A DNA stretch of 64,000 bases from Candidatus Latescibacterota bacterium (GTDB lineage: Bacteria; Latescibacterota; UBA2968; UBA8231), in the NCBI GenBank assembly GCA_964291625.2, contig OZ220089.1, forward strand, positions 1,408,001 to 1,472,000, given 5' to 3'. A model generated the notes under the pieces. The model was not told the DNA's origin and ran no database searches. It saw only the letters and a program-made list of their open reading frames with translations. The translations under genes were made by a program, and so were the position numbers. Numbering within the stretch: position 1 is the stretch's first letter; the number at the start of each line of letters is the position of its first letter. Shown here piece by piece: positions 48,702 through 58,667 of this stretch.

Positions 48702-49732
48702 GAGGGCTCCATCGTCCGCCGCGGGTCGAAGGCGTCGCGCACCGCCTCGCCGATGAAGACCAGCAGCGACAGCAGCACGGCCAGGGCGAAGAACCCCGTC
48801 AGCCCCAGCCACGGGGCGTGGAGGTTGCGCTTGCCCTGGCCGAGGAGCTCGCCGAGGGAGGGCGAGCCGGCGGGCAGGCCGAAGCCGAGAAAGTCGAGGG
48901 AGGCGAGGATCGCCACCGACCCGGTGAGCACGAAGGGCAGGAAGGTGAGGGCGGCCACCGCGGCGTTGGGCAGGACGTGCCGGAAGAGCACCGTCGCCTC
49001 CGGCACGCCGAGGGCCCGGGCGGCGCGGACGAAGTCGAAGTTGCGGGCCCGCAGGACCTCGGCGCGGACCACGCCCACGAGCTGGATCCAGCTGAAGAGC
49101 AGCATCAGGCCGAGGAGCCACAGGAAGTTGGGCTCCACGAGGCTGGCCAGGATGATCAGCAGGTAGAGGGTGGGCATGCCCTGCCAGATCTCGATGAGGC
49201 GCTGCAGCAGCAGGTCGACCCAGCCGCCGAGGTAGCCCTGCACGGCGCCGGCGGCGACGCCGACGACGGAGCTGACCGCGGTGAGGCAGAACCCGAAGAG
49301 CACGGAGAGGCGGAAGCCGTAGATCAGCCGCGCCAGGACGTCGCGGGCCTGGTCGTCGGTGCCGAGCCAGTTCCCGCCCGACGGCGGCGACGGCGCCGGA
49401 CGGCGCAGGTCGAAGTTGACGGTGCGCGGTCCGTAGCGGACCGGCGGCCACAGCATCCAGCCGTCGCCGGCCTCGATCAGCCCGGCCACGAAGGGGTCGC
49501 GGTAGTCGGCCTCGGTCTCGAACTCGCCGCCGAACTCGGTCTCGGCGTGCTCGGCGAAGACGGGGAAGTACCAGCGCCCGTCGCAGGAGACCATCAGGGG
49601 CCGGTCGTTGGCGACGAACTCCGCCGGCAGGGTGACGGCCACCAGGCCCAGGAAGATCCACAGGCTCCACCACCCCCGGCGGTGGCCCCGGAAGACGGCG
49701 AGGCGGCGGCGGTTGAGGAGCGAGAGTCTCAC
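48698..49732 (-). CDS. yejE: Peptide ABC transporter permease
   Basis: [32 protein letters not shown]. Confidence 0.85.
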   Translation of the reverse strand: MRLSLLNRRRLAVFRGHRRGWWSLWIFLGLVAVTLPAEFVANDRPLMVSCDGRWYFPVFAEHAETEFGGEFETEADYRDPFVAGLIEAGDGWMLWPPVRYGPRTVNFDLRRPAPSPPSGGNWLGTDDQARDVLARLIYGFRLSVLFGFCLTAVSSVVGVAAGAVQGYLGGWVDLLLQRLIEIWQGMPTLYLLIILASLVEPNFLWLLGLMLLFSWIQLVGVVRAEVLRARNFDFVRAARALGVPEATVLFRHVLPNAAVAALTFLPFVLTGSVAILASLDFLGFGLPAGSPSLGELLGQGKRNLHAPWLGLTGFFALAVLLSLLVFIGEAVRDAFDPRRTMEPS

Positions 49733-50823
49733 GAGCGCGCCTCGAAGTCGATGCGGCGGTCGACGAGGGTGTAGGTGAGGTCGCCCACCAGCTGCAGGAC
49801 CAGGCCCAGGAGGGTGAAGACGTAGAGGGTGCCGAAGACGACGGGGTAGTCGCGGTTGACGGCCGACTCGTAGCCGAGGAGGCCGAGGCCGTCGAGGGAG
49901 AAGATGATCTCGGTGAGCAGGGCGCCGGTGAAGAGGATGCCCACGAAGGCGGCGGGGAACCCGGCGATGACGATGAGCATGGCGTTGCGGAAGACGTGGC
50001 CGTAGAGGACTCGTCTCTCGCCGAGGCCCTTGGCCCGGGCCGTGACCACGTACTGCTTGCCGATCTCGTCGAGGAAGGAGTTGCGGGTCAGCAGGGTGAG
50101 GCCGGCGAAGCCGCCGATGACCAGGGAGAGCACGGGCAGGCACAGGTGCCAGAGGTAGTCGAGGATCTTGCCCATGGCCGACAGCTCCTCCCAGTTGGCC
50201 GAGACCAGCCCCCGCAGCGGGAACCACTGCCAGTACTGGCCGCCGGCGAAGAGCACCACCAAGAGGATGGCGAAGAGGAAGGTGGGAACGGCGTTGCCCA
50301 CGACGATCGCCCCCGAGGTCCACACATCGAAGCGCGAGCCCTGGCGCACCGCCTTGGCCACGCCGAGGGGGATGGAGATGGCGTAGATGAGCAGGGTCGT
50401 CCACAGGCCGAGGGAGATCGAGACCGGCAGCTTGTCGAGGACCAGGTCGACGACGGAGCGGTCGCGGAAGAAGGAGGTGCCGAAGTCGAAGCGCAGGTAG
50501 CGGCCCATCATCTCGACGAAGCGCGCGGGGGCGGGTTTGTCGAAGCCGTACAGGGTCTCCAGCTCGGCGATCAGGTCCGGGTCGAGGCCGCGGGCGCCGC
50601 GGTAGCGGGCGGTGACCTCGGTGCCGGCGATGTCGGCGGCGGCGACCTCCCCCGCGCCCCCGGTGACGCGGCCGGCGGCCCCCAGGTCGTGGCCCTGCAT
50701 GCGGGCGATGACCTGCTCCACCGGGCCGCCGGGGGCGGCCTGGACGATGACGAAGTTGAGGACCATGATGCCGAGCAGGGTCGGCACCATGAGCAGCAGC
50801 CGCCGCAGGATGTAGGCGGTCAC
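49729..50823 (-). CDS. yejB: Peptide ABC transporter permease
   Basis: [31 protein letters not shown]. Confidence 0.85.
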   Translation of the reverse strand: MTAYILRRLLLMVPTLLGIMVLNFVIVQAAPGGPVEQVIARMQGHDLGAAGRVTGGAGEVAAADIAGTEVTARYRGARGLDPDLIAELETLYGFDKPAPARFVEMMGRYLRFDFGTSFFRDRSVVDLVLDKLPVSISLGLWTTLLIYAISIPLGVAKAVRQGSRFDVWTSGAIVVGNAVPTFLFAILLVVLFAGGQYWQWFPLRGLVSANWEELSAMGKILDYLWHLCLPVLSLVIGGFAGLTLLTRNSFLDEIGKQYVVTARAKGLGERRVLYGHVFRNAMLIVIAGFPAAFVGILFTGALLTEIIFSLDGLGLLGYESAVNRDYPVVFGTLYVFTLLGLVLQLVGDLTYTLVDRRIDFEARS

Positions 50824-52697
50824 CGCGGCCCCTCCAGGGCCTCGGCCCGGGCCGGGTCGATCCACCAGGTCTCCGGGAAGCCGAGGGAGATCATCGGCAC
50901 GATCGCCGGCCGCGCGAAGCGGTCCCAGTAGACGAGGCGGTGGACCGTGGTGTGCCAGTGGGGGATCACGTAGTGGCCCCAGGTCAGCACGCGGTCCAGG
51001 GCGCGCGCCGCGGCCACCTGCTCGGGGCGGGTCTGGGCGGCGATGAGGCGCTCCACCAGCTCGTCCACCACCGGGTCGCGGACCCCGGCGTAGTTGCGGC
51101 TCCCCGGCGTATCGGCGGCGGCCGAGGACCAGTAGTTGCGCTGCTCGTTGCCCGGCGACAGGTACTGGTTCCAGGCGCGGACGATCACGTCGTAGTCGTA
51201 CTCCTGCAGCCGGCGGTAGTACTGGGAGGCGTCCACGGTGCGGCTCGTGGTGGCGATGCCGAGGCGCTCCAGGTGCAGCCGCACCGGCCCCACGACGCGC
51301 TCGTACGACGGCCGCACGAGGAGGAACTCGAAGGCCATGGCCTGCCCCGTCTCCTCGTGGACGAGGGCGCCGCCGCGCACCACCCAGCCGGCGTCGCGCA
51401 GCATGCGCCGGGCCTTGCGCAGGTTGGCGCGGATCGAGGCGTCGCCGTCGGTGGACGGCGCCCTGTAGGCCTGCCCGAAGACGTCGTCCGGTACGCGGCC
51501 CCTGTAGCTCTCCAGGATCGCCAGTTCGCGCCCGCGGGGCGCACCTGCAGCGGCCAGCTCGGAGTTGGCGAAGTGGCTCTCGGTGCGCGTGTAGAGCCCG
51601 TGGAAGAGGGTGGCGTTGGTCCACTCGAAGTCGAAGGCGTGGGCCAGGGCCTCGCGCACGCGCCGGTCGGCGAAGCGGGCGCGCCGGGTGTTGAAGACGA
51701 AGCCGGACATGCCGCGGATGCGGCGGTTGGGCAGCTCCGCCTTCACCAGGCGGCCCTCCCGCACGGCGGGATGGTCGTAGCCGGTGGCCCACTCGCGGGC
51801 CGAGCCGACGGCGCGCAGGTCGTACTCGCCGGCCTTCAGCGCCTCCTGGGCGACGGTGTCGTCCCGGTAGTAGTCGTAGGTGATGCGGTCGAAGTTGTGC
51901 TGCCCCCGGCGCGCCGGCAGGCCCTCGTCCCAGTTCCCCTCGACCCGCGCGTAGGTGATCGAGCGGCCCGGGTCGACCGACTCGATCCGGTAAGGGCCAC
52001 TGCCCAGGGGCGGCTCCAGGGTCGTCTTCGTGAAGTCCCGGGCCTCCCAGTAATGCTTTGGCAGAGCCCGGAGCTGGCCGAGGACGACGGGCAGCTCGCG
52101 GTTGTCGGTGGCGGCCAGCTCGAAGGTGACGGTGCGCTCGTCCTCGGCGATCGCCGTGTCCACGTCGGCGTAGAAGGTGCGGTAGAAGGGGGTGCCGTGG
52201 CGCACGAGGGTGTAGAAGGAGAACACGATGTCGTGAGCGGTGACCGGCTCGCCGTCGTGCCAGCGCGCCTCGGGGCGCAGGAAGAAGGTGACCGAGCTGC
52301 GGTCGGGGGCCAGCCACATCGACTCGGCCAGGTGGCCGTACTCCGACAGCGGCTCGTCCTGGGCCTTCTCGCACAGGCGGCTGTAGATCAGGCTCCAGGT
52401 GCCGGCGGCGGCGACCCCCTTGAGGATGAAGGGGTTGAGGCTGTCGAAGGTGCCCACCCGCGCCAGCCGCACCTCCCCGCCCCGGACCGCCCCCGGGTCG
52501 GTGTAGTCGAAGTGGGTGAAGCCGGGTCCGTACTTGAGGTCGCCGGTCACCGCGAGGGCGTGGACGGCCGGGGTGCGGGTGGGGGTCCCGCCCTCGGCGG
52601 CGGCGGGGCCGTGGATGAGGGCCAGGAGGGTGGCGGCCAGGACAGCGGCCAGCGCTGCGGTTGGGCAGGCCGCGCGCCTGGAGGCGAGGCGGATCAC
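50820..52697 (-). CDS. yejA: Peptide ABC transporter substrate-binding protein
   Basis: [31 protein letters not shown]; signal peptide after GTG 52697. Confidence 0.85.
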   Translation of the reverse strand: MIRLASRRAACPTAALAAVLAATLLALIHGPAAAEGGTPTRTPAVHALAVTGDLKYGPGFTHFDYTDPGAVRGGEVRLARVGTFDSLNPFILKGVAAAGTWSLIYSRLCEKAQDEPLSEYGHLAESMWLAPDRSSVTFFLRPEARWHDGEPVTAHDIVFSFYTLVRHGTPFYRTFYADVDTAIAEDERTVTFELAATDNRELPVVLGQLRALPKHYWEARDFTKTTLEPPLGSGPYRIESVDPGRSITYARVEGNWDEGLPARRGQHNFDRITYDYYRDDTVAQEALKAGEYDLRAVGSAREWATGYDHPAVREGRLVKAELPNRRIRGMSGFVFNTRRARFADRRVREALAHAFDFEWTNATLFHGLYTRTESHFANSELAAAGAPRGRELAILESYRGRVPDDVFGQAYRAPSTDGDASIRANLRKARRMLRDAGWVVRGGALVHEETGQAMAFEFLLVRPSYERVVGPVRLHLERLGIATTSRTVDASQYYRRLQEYDYDVIVRAWNQYLSPGNEQRNYWSSAAADTPGSRNYAGVRDPVVDELVERLIAAQTRPEQVAAARALDRVLTWGHYVIPHWHTTVHRLVYWDRFARPAIVPMISLGFPETWWIDPARAEALEGPR

Positions 52698-52852
52698 TGG
52701 CGGGAGGGGCCGCGCCGGCGGGTGCAGCGGGCGGGCCCGGAGATCAGCGGTAGCAGGGCAGCGGCCAGCGCCGAGGAGGGCAAGACCGGGCGCACCGAGG
52801 CGAGCCGGATCGCTGGCCGGAGGGGCCGCGTGAGCGGGTGCAGACGGGCGGG
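52638..52852 (-). repeat. Imperfect tandem duplication (116-bp period) of the yejA start region
   Basis: 52638-52735 versus 52754-52852; upstream copy has GCG in place of the GTG start. Confidence 0.7.
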
Positions 52853-53251
52853 GCTGTTCTCGTGCGAGACCAGAGCAGGGTCCTTCGGCGAGAGGATCCC
52901 GGCGCCCTTGGGAGCGGCCGAGGGCCGCCAGCCAAGAGGGCAGGGACAGCAGCTGTCGTAGCGGGCGAGATGATCCCGGCGTTCCCGGGGGAGGAGAAGC
53001 GCCGGCCGGCAGCCGCGACCCGAGGGGGAAGCCGCAAGGCCGGCGGGGATGCCGGCCCGGGGCCACGGCGGCATCTATAGTAAGGGCAGGCGGGGGATTT
53101 CGCCCGGTGCGGCCCCAGCCCCAAAGGGGCCTCTCGGGTGCGCGGGCCGGGAATTCCCCTCGCCGCGGACACGCCCGCGGCGGGGGCGCCCACGCCGCTC
53201 GACCTCGGTTTCCGCTCGCGACTTCTCCCGCGCTGACCGGATCCCGCGCAG

Positions 53252-53295
53252 ATTACTCAGTATGCCGCGTGAAATTACTCAGTATGTTGAGTAAT
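53252..53295. promoter_or_regulatory. Putative operator: palindrome ATTACTCA-N6-TGAGTAAT plus a direct half repeat
   Basis: ATTACTCAGTATG at 53252 and 53274; AT-rich patch in a divergent intergenic region. Confidence 0.55.
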
Positions 53296-53327
53296 CGGTT
53301 CGGCCCGCCTCACGGAGACAGGAGACC

Positions 53328-54251
53328 ATGAGCGACTACGAGTTCAAGATGGGGATGTACCTCGGGGAGCTGCGCCAGCCCTGGGAGCAATCGCTGGCCA
53401 CGGCGCGGGACCTCGGCGCCCGCTACGTCTGGTGCGGCGCCCACTCCGACGGCCGCAGCCTCTACCAGCTCTCCGACGCCGAGATCGACGTGGCCGCCGG
53501 GCAGGTCGCCGCTCACGGCCTGGAGTTCTTCCTCATCGAGGGCGGCGGGTTGTTCAAGACCGTGCACTTGGCCGAGCTGGCGCCGGGGCGGATGCTGGAG
53601 CACGCCGACTTCCGGGAGCATCTCTCCAAGCTGGAACGGTCGATGGTGGTTTCGGCCCGCCTGGGGATCGGCGCGGTCTCGTGCAGCAGCTTCGCCTGGC
53701 CCGCCGAGTACACCGGCGGCAAGCCGACCTGGCCGATGCGCTGGGCGACCCGCGGCGGCATCATCTCCGACGGCGACATGGCCAAGCTGGTGGAGGCCTT
53801 CTCCATGTTCGCCGACCTCGCCGAGAAGCACGACGTCGACATCGCCTTCCTGATGATGCAGTGGAACTACGGCAACACGAGCCGCAACTTCCGCCGCATC
53901 GTCGAGGCCGTGGGCTCGCGCCGGTTCAAGGCCCTGTGGTGCCCGGCCGACAGCCTCAACTGCGGCGAGGCCGACAACGCCACCGCCGGCTTCGAGAACC
54001 TGCGCCCCTACCTCCACGGCGTGCACGCCAAGGACCTGCGCACCATCGACGGTTCGAAGCTGGAATTCGAGTACACCCCCATCGGCGAGGGGGACGTGGA
54101 CTACCCCACGATCCTGCGCAACCTGCGCGACAACCGCTGCGACGTGATCCTCTCCATCGCCACCCACTTCCTGCCCCCCAGCGGCTCCCCCGTGGAGGCG
54201 ATGGAGACGAACTACGCCAACATCCGCAGGCTCATCGGGGAGCTGCGGTAG
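53328..54251 (+). CDS. Sugar phosphate isomerase/epimerase (TIM barrel) family protein
   Basis: VHAKD, PIGEGDVDY; AGGAG RBS. Confidence 0.8.
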   Translation: MSDYEFKMGMYLGELRQPWEQSLATARDLGARYVWCGAHSDGRSLYQLSDAEIDVAAGQVAAHGLEFFLIEGGGLFKTVHLAELAPGRMLEHADFREHLSKLERSMVVSARLGIGAVSCSSFAWPAEYTGGKPTWPMRWATRGGIISDGDMAKLVEAFSMFADLAEKHDVDIAFLMMQWNYGNTSRNFRRIVEAVGSRRFKALWCPADSLNCGEADNATAGFENLRPYLHGVHAKDLRTIDGSKLEFEYTPIGEGDVDYPTILRNLRDNRCDVILSIATHFLPPSGSPVEAMETNYANIRRLIGELR

Positions 54252-54254
54252 CGG

Positions 54255-54695
54255 CTACCGCCGCGCGGCGAAGGGGTGGCGCCAGCGCAGGTCGGGAAAG
54301 CGGCTGAAGTCGCGGTCGGTGGTGATCCACTCGCTGCCCGACTCGATGGCCAGGGCGGCCAGGTACGCATCCTGGACAAGGTTCCCCTTGCACTGCGCCT
54401 GACGGCACAGGCGCGTGAAGATCTCCCAGTGACGCGCGCCCGGTGCGATGGCCACGCGGTTGGGTCGGTCGCGCACCTGGTCGAGGAAGGCCAGGGCCGT
54501 GTCCAGCGGGCTGGGCGGATCGAAGATGCGGCTGTGGGTGGAGATGCGGACAAAGCTGGCCAGCACGACATCGCTCAGGCCATAGGCCTGGGGACTGTAG
54601 ATCAGCTCTTCCAGCCAGTCCCGATAGTCCGCGTGGTCCGGGATTTCCTCTCGATGGGTATATAGCAGGACATTGACGTCAAGCAGGACCACCAT
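54255..54695 (-). CDS. vapC: VapC PIN-domain toxin
   Basis: LLDVNVL, DAYLAALAIE, TTDRDFSRF. Confidence 0.92.
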   Translation of the reverse strand: MVVLLDVNVLLYTHREEIPDHADYRDWLEELIYSPQAYGLSDVVLASFVRISTHSRIFDPPSPLDTALAFLDQVRDRPNRVAIAPGARHWEIFTRLCRQAQCKGNLVQDAYLAALAIESGSEWITTDRDFSRFPDLRWRHPFAARR

Positions 54696-54930
54696 CCCTC
54701 TCCATCAAGTCGAGCAGGGATGAGTTGTCGTCGAGGTCGACGCCCCTTTGCAGACCCCGGCCCTTGAAGGTCTTCAAGGGGATGCGGGCATCGGCCCGAG
54801 GGGCATCCTTCCTCGCCAGGGCTTCGCGCAGCGCGTCCTCGATCACCGCTTTCAGGGTTCGGCCCGTCTGGGCAGCCCGCTGCTTGGCCTCCGAGAGCAA
54901 CTGATCGTCGATCTGTATCGTCGTCCTCAT
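54679..54930 (-). CDS. vapB: VapB ribbon-helix-helix antitoxin
   Basis: MRTTIQIDDQLL.EAK...VIEDALR. Confidence 0.88.
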   Translation of the reverse strand: MRTTIQIDDQLLSEAKQRAAQTGRTLKAVIEDALREALARKDAPRADARIPLKTFKGRGLQRGVDLDDNSSLLDLMERDGGPA

Positions 54931-54957
54931 ACATAAAAGCATACGTCAGGCGCACAA

Positions 54958-56448
54958 CTATGCCAATCCCCCCGGATACGGGTTGTAGCGCACCTCCACC
55001 TCGACCTCCTCGATGGTGACGCTGCCGGTGAGGCCCTCCGGCCGGCTCTCCAGCGACACGCTCAGGACGTTCTCCCCCTTGCGCGGCACGACGTCGACGA
55101 GGTCGAACTCCAGCCAGTGGTTCCGCGGGTTGGTGTGGGGGAAGGCGTCGTCCCTCTCCTTCTCCTTCCAGACGCGGCGGCAGGTCTCGCCCTCCAGGGA
55201 CCGCCCGTTCAGCGACACGTTGAACCGGTCCGCGGAGACGACGTTGGTCAGGTAGAGCCGCAGCTTCGTCGCGCTGACGCGGCTGTCGGCCGCGGCGATG
55301 TCGTCGGCGATGGTGAAGGGGATCGCGTGGGCCGCGGTGGGCAGGGGCGGGGCCAGCTCGTGGGGGATGTGATGGTGATAGTCGACCCGAGCCGCGCCGT
55401 CGTACTCCCGGGCCACGACGTAGTGCTTGTCCCGGCCGCCGACCAGCTCCGGAGACCCCATCATGGTGAGCAGGTTGCGCTCGGCGTCGCCGAGAGGCCA
55501 GTCCAGCGCCCAGGTGTAGAGGCCGTCGACGCCCTTCTCCCAGTAGATGGCCGCGGCGGCCAGGAACTGCTCCAGGTTGGCGTACCGCCGGCCGCTGGCG
55601 CCGACGACGCTGTCCTGCGTGTAGTGCTGCAGGAACCCGTAGACCGAGGCGTCCGCCTCGTGGGCGGGTCCCACCACCCAGTCGAAGGGCATGTCCGGGT
55701 CGAGGACGGTGTAGATGTAGGCCACGGGCACGACGAAGTCGAGCAACCCCTCGGCGAGCCACGTCCTCACGTCGAGGCCCTGCTCGAGGTTGCCCTTCTC
55801 GGTCGGGAAGATCCGCGCCCCCACCAGGCCCGGCTCCCCCGGCCGTGAGCGCACCATCTCGGCCGAGCGCCGCACCCACTCGGTCATGGTGGCCGTGTTT
55901 TCGGGGGTCCCCCCGTCCTGGAAGTAGAAGTATCCGCTCTCGCTGAAGGCGGCGGTGTAGTCCAGCTCGACACCCTCGATGGGGTACCCGGTGGCGAGCT
56001 CGCGCAGCACCTCGAGCTTGAGGTCCTGGACGCGCTCGTCGGCCCAGCCGGGGCCGCCGTTCTCGATCTCCAGCTCCGGGTACACCCCGCCGAGCCGCTG
56101 CAGGCGCACGTCGGCAAGGAAGTCCATCCCGTGCTCGTGAGCGCGGTCGACGAGCACCCGCAGGGGGTCGAGACCCCGCTCCATGAGGCTGAGCATGCAC
56201 GCGGCGGCCCTCCACTCGTAGTTCTGCTTCGACCGCGGCCGGCCGTCCTCGACGGAGAACAGCTTCCCCACCTTCGTGGGGTAGTAGGCGCCGTCGCCGC
56301 GCTCCACGCAGTAGCTGAAGGTGTCGACCGCCGTCCCCGCCACCTCGTCGACAGGGATCCAGGCGTCCTCGAGCCGCATGGGCGGCTCGAAGTACCAGAG
56401 ATACGAGTGCCGCGCGTCGTTGTGGTAGATCGTCCTGCGCCGTCTCAT
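54958..56448 (-). CDS. Hypothetical protein, glycoside hydrolase-like (GHL10-like TIM barrel)
   Basis: IYHNDA, AHEHGM, EGVELDY, GVDGLY motifs; GGAG RBS. Confidence 0.65.
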   Translation of the reverse strand: MRRRRTIYHNDARHSYLWYFEPPMRLEDAWIPVDEVAGTAVDTFSYCVERGDGAYYPTKVGKLFSVEDGRPRSKQNYEWRAAACMLSLMERGLDPLRVLVDRAHEHGMDFLADVRLQRLGGVYPELEIENGGPGWADERVQDLKLEVLRELATGYPIEGVELDYTAAFSESGYFYFQDGGTPENTATMTEWVRRSAEMVRSRPGEPGLVGARIFPTEKGNLEQGLDVRTWLAEGLLDFVVPVAYIYTVLDPDMPFDWVVGPAHEADASVYGFLQHYTQDSVVGASGRRYANLEQFLAAAAIYWEKGVDGLYTWALDWPLGDAERNLLTMMGSPELVGGRDKHYVVAREYDGAARVDYHHHIPHELAPPLPTAAHAIPFTIADDIAAADSRVSATKLRLYLTNVVSADRFNVSLNGRSLEGETCRRVWKEKERDDAFPHTNPRNHWLEFDLVDVVPRKGENVLSVSLESRPEGLTGSVTIEEVEVEVRYNPYPGGLA

Positions 56449-56468
56449 GCAGCTCTCCTGTTCGTGGC

Positions 56469-56609
56469 TCAGTCGATGATGGCGCCGGACCAGAGATCCA
56501 CGCCGACGCTGAAGAGATGGAACTTGGGAGCCCGGGTGATGACCTGGCGCGAGCGCCGGCGGCTGAAGGGCTCCACCAAGGTGCCGAGGAGCGTCCGGAT
56601 GCAGGGCAC
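56469..56609 (-). pseudogene. Remnant of an AAA+/DUF4143 ATPase
   Basis: TLLGTLVEPFSRRRSRQVITRAPKFHLFSVGV joined to LWSGAIID*. Confidence 0.55.
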
Positions 56610-56734
56610 GGGGTTCTACTCCGGATTGGTCAGACCAAATCGGAATACAGCCCGAGTTGGTCCGTGCTCCGAGGGCCGTCGTCTCGAAGGCCCCGTGGCT
56701 GCCGGGTCCGCCGGCAGCGCCTCACTCCGCCCCT

Positions 56735-57214
56735 TCAATCAAGAGTCAGCTTCATCACCAGTTCCTCCCCCTCTTCCTCGCCCGTGTGCTCGAAGCCCAG
56801 CTTGCGGTAGAAGCCCTCCGGACTTCCATCGCCCGGCACATGGCTGAGGGTGAGCTCCTTCGCCTCCGGCTGCCCCTTCACGTGCTCGATCAGGAGCTCC
56901 ATGGCGCGGCGTCCGTACCCCTTCCCCTGATGCCGCGCATCGATCATGAAGCGCCACAGGTAGTACTCCCCTTCCTCCGGCTCGACGGACAGCATCAGGA
57001 AACCGACAGGCGCCTCCCCCGCATGGATGGCGCGAAACCATGCCTCGGGCGAGAAGTGGGCCTGGGCGATGGAGACCGCATTCGAAGCGACGAACCGTCT
57101 CTGCCCCCTGGCTACCCGAAGCTCCAGAATGGACATGAGGGTTTCCGCCGTGATCTCGCGCAGGCTGACCGTTGCCTCGGGGCCAGGTGGTGCCTTCGAA
57201 CGGAGAGGCTTCAC
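56735..57214 (-). CDS. GNAT N-acetyltransferase
   Basis: RFMIDARHQGKGYG, FYRKLGF. Confidence 0.92.
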   Translation of the reverse strand: MKPLRSKAPPGPEATVSLREITAETLMSILELRVARGQRRFVASNAVSIAQAHFSPEAWFRAIHAGEAPVGFLMLSVEPEEGEYYLWRFMIDARHQGKGYGRRAMELLIEHVKGQPEAKELTLSHVPGDGSPEGFYRKLGFEHTGEEEGEELVMKLTLD

Positions 57215-58659
57215 TTGACGAGGAGCAGGGGGCGAACCTGCCTGCCGCCCGGATGGTCCAGACGCGCCAGGTAGACGCCAGCCGCCACCGGAACGCCCTT
57301 CCGGTCGCGGCCATCCCAGGAGACCTGGTATCGACCGGAAGCCTGGATGCCGTCCACCAGCGTGCGCACGGGCTGACCTGAGACCGCGTGGATCGTCAGC
57401 CGCACCGGACCGGTCGCGGCCAGACGGTAGGGGATGCGGGTGGTGCTGTTGAAGGGATTGGGGAAGCTCGGGTCCAGACCGCTGGTGACCGGCACGGCCG
57501 TCCGCGGTCCTTCCGCCATCGTCGTGGTGGTGGGCTCGAACCGTGGATAGCCGGGGTTGAAATACAGATGGAGCGATTCCAGCGCGGTCAAACCGTGAAA
57601 CAGATCCTCCGGCAGTACTTCGAGGTCGTTGGCGCGGAGATCGAGCGTGCGCAGGGCTGTCAGGTCACGAAACAGATCGGAAGGCAACGATGCGAGGTCG
57701 TTGTAGGCCAGGTAGAGCGCTTCCAGGTCGGTCAGACCGCGAAACAGATCGGAAGGCAACGATGCGAGGTCGTTGTGGGACAAGGAGAGCCCTTCCAGGG
57801 TGGTCAGACCGCGAAACACATTCCCGGGCAGGTTCTCGAGAGCGTTGCCGGACAGCTGCAGGCTCCTCAGGGAGGTCAGATCGGCGAACATGTCGGCGGG
57901 CAAGGCCGTCAGGCCCGTCCTGCGCAGGGAGAGTCTGTCAAGCGCGGTCAGACCGCGAAACAGATCCGAAGGCAAGGATACGAGATCGTTGTCGTCTAAC
58001 GAGAGGGATCGCAGCCCGGTCAGACCGCGGAACATGCCCGACGGCAACGTCGAGAGATTATTGTCTGACAGACGGAGCGTGTACAACCCCCTTAGACCCC
58101 GAAACACATCCGGGGGCAGCGACGAGAGAGCGTTGCCGGACAGAGTGAGCGAATGGAGCGCCGCCAGACCCTGAAGCGAGTCCTTGGGCAAGGTCTCAAG
58201 CGCGTTGTGGCGCAGATCGAGCGTATACAACGCCGTCAGACCCCGAAACACATCCGAAGACAGCGACGCAAGGCCGTTGGCGCCCAGATCAAGCACTAGC
58301 AGCGACGTCAGACCATGGAATAGACCCGACGGCAGTGTCACGAGAGCATTGCTGGACAGATCGAGCCTTCTCAGCGAGGTCAATCCAGCGAAATCTCCGC
58401 CCAGCAGGCTGGAAATCCCCTTGTACTGGAGCGCCAGCCTGCGGATCGCCGCAAGGTGCTCCTCGGTCACCGCCGCGCAATCGCTGACGCCGTCAATCTG
58501 CTCGAGGATGGCCGTTTGCACCTGCGGGGTGCGGCCGCAGATGCCGGAGGAGGCCGTCTGCCCCCACGCGGCCCCTCCAAGAATCTGGACGGCGACACCA
58601 AGGAGGCAGAGCAAACCTCCCGGCGTGGCTTCCCTGGCTCGAGTCTCCGTCCTGTCCAT
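57211..58659 (-). CDS. Secreted leucine-rich repeat protein with FlgD-Ig-like C-terminal domain
   Basis: Signal peptide, GICGRTPQV cap, about 11 internal 24-aa LRRs, PNPFN...WDGRD...GVY tail. Confidence 0.92.
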   Translation of the reverse strand: MDRTETRAREATPGGLLCLLGVAVQILGGAAWGQTASSGICGRTPQVQTAILEQIDGVSDCAAVTEEHLAAIRRLALQYKGISSLLGGDFAGLTSLRRLDLSSNALVTLPSGLFHGLTSLLVLDLGANGLASLSSDVFRGLTALYTLDLRHNALETLPKDSLQGLAALHSLTLSGNALSSLPPDVFRGLRGLYTLRLSDNNLSTLPSGMFRGLTGLRSLSLDDNDLVSLPSDLFRGLTALDRLSLRRTGLTALPADMFADLTSLRSLQLSGNALENLPGNVFRGLTTLEGLSLSHNDLASLPSDLFRGLTDLEALYLAYNDLASLPSDLFRDLTALRTLDLRANDLEVLPEDLFHGLTALESLHLYFNPGYPRFEPTTTTMAEGPRTAVPVTSGLDPSFPNPFNSTTRIPYRLAATGPVRLTIHAVSGQPVRTLVDGIQASGRYQVSWDGRDRKGVPVAAGVYLARLDHPGGRQVRPLLLVK

Positions 58660-58667
58660 CTCGCTGG

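Noticed and set aside
52700-53250. Riboswitch upstream of yejA
   Set aside because: No conserved cobalamin, TPP or SAM riboswitch motifs recognised; repeats explain part of the region
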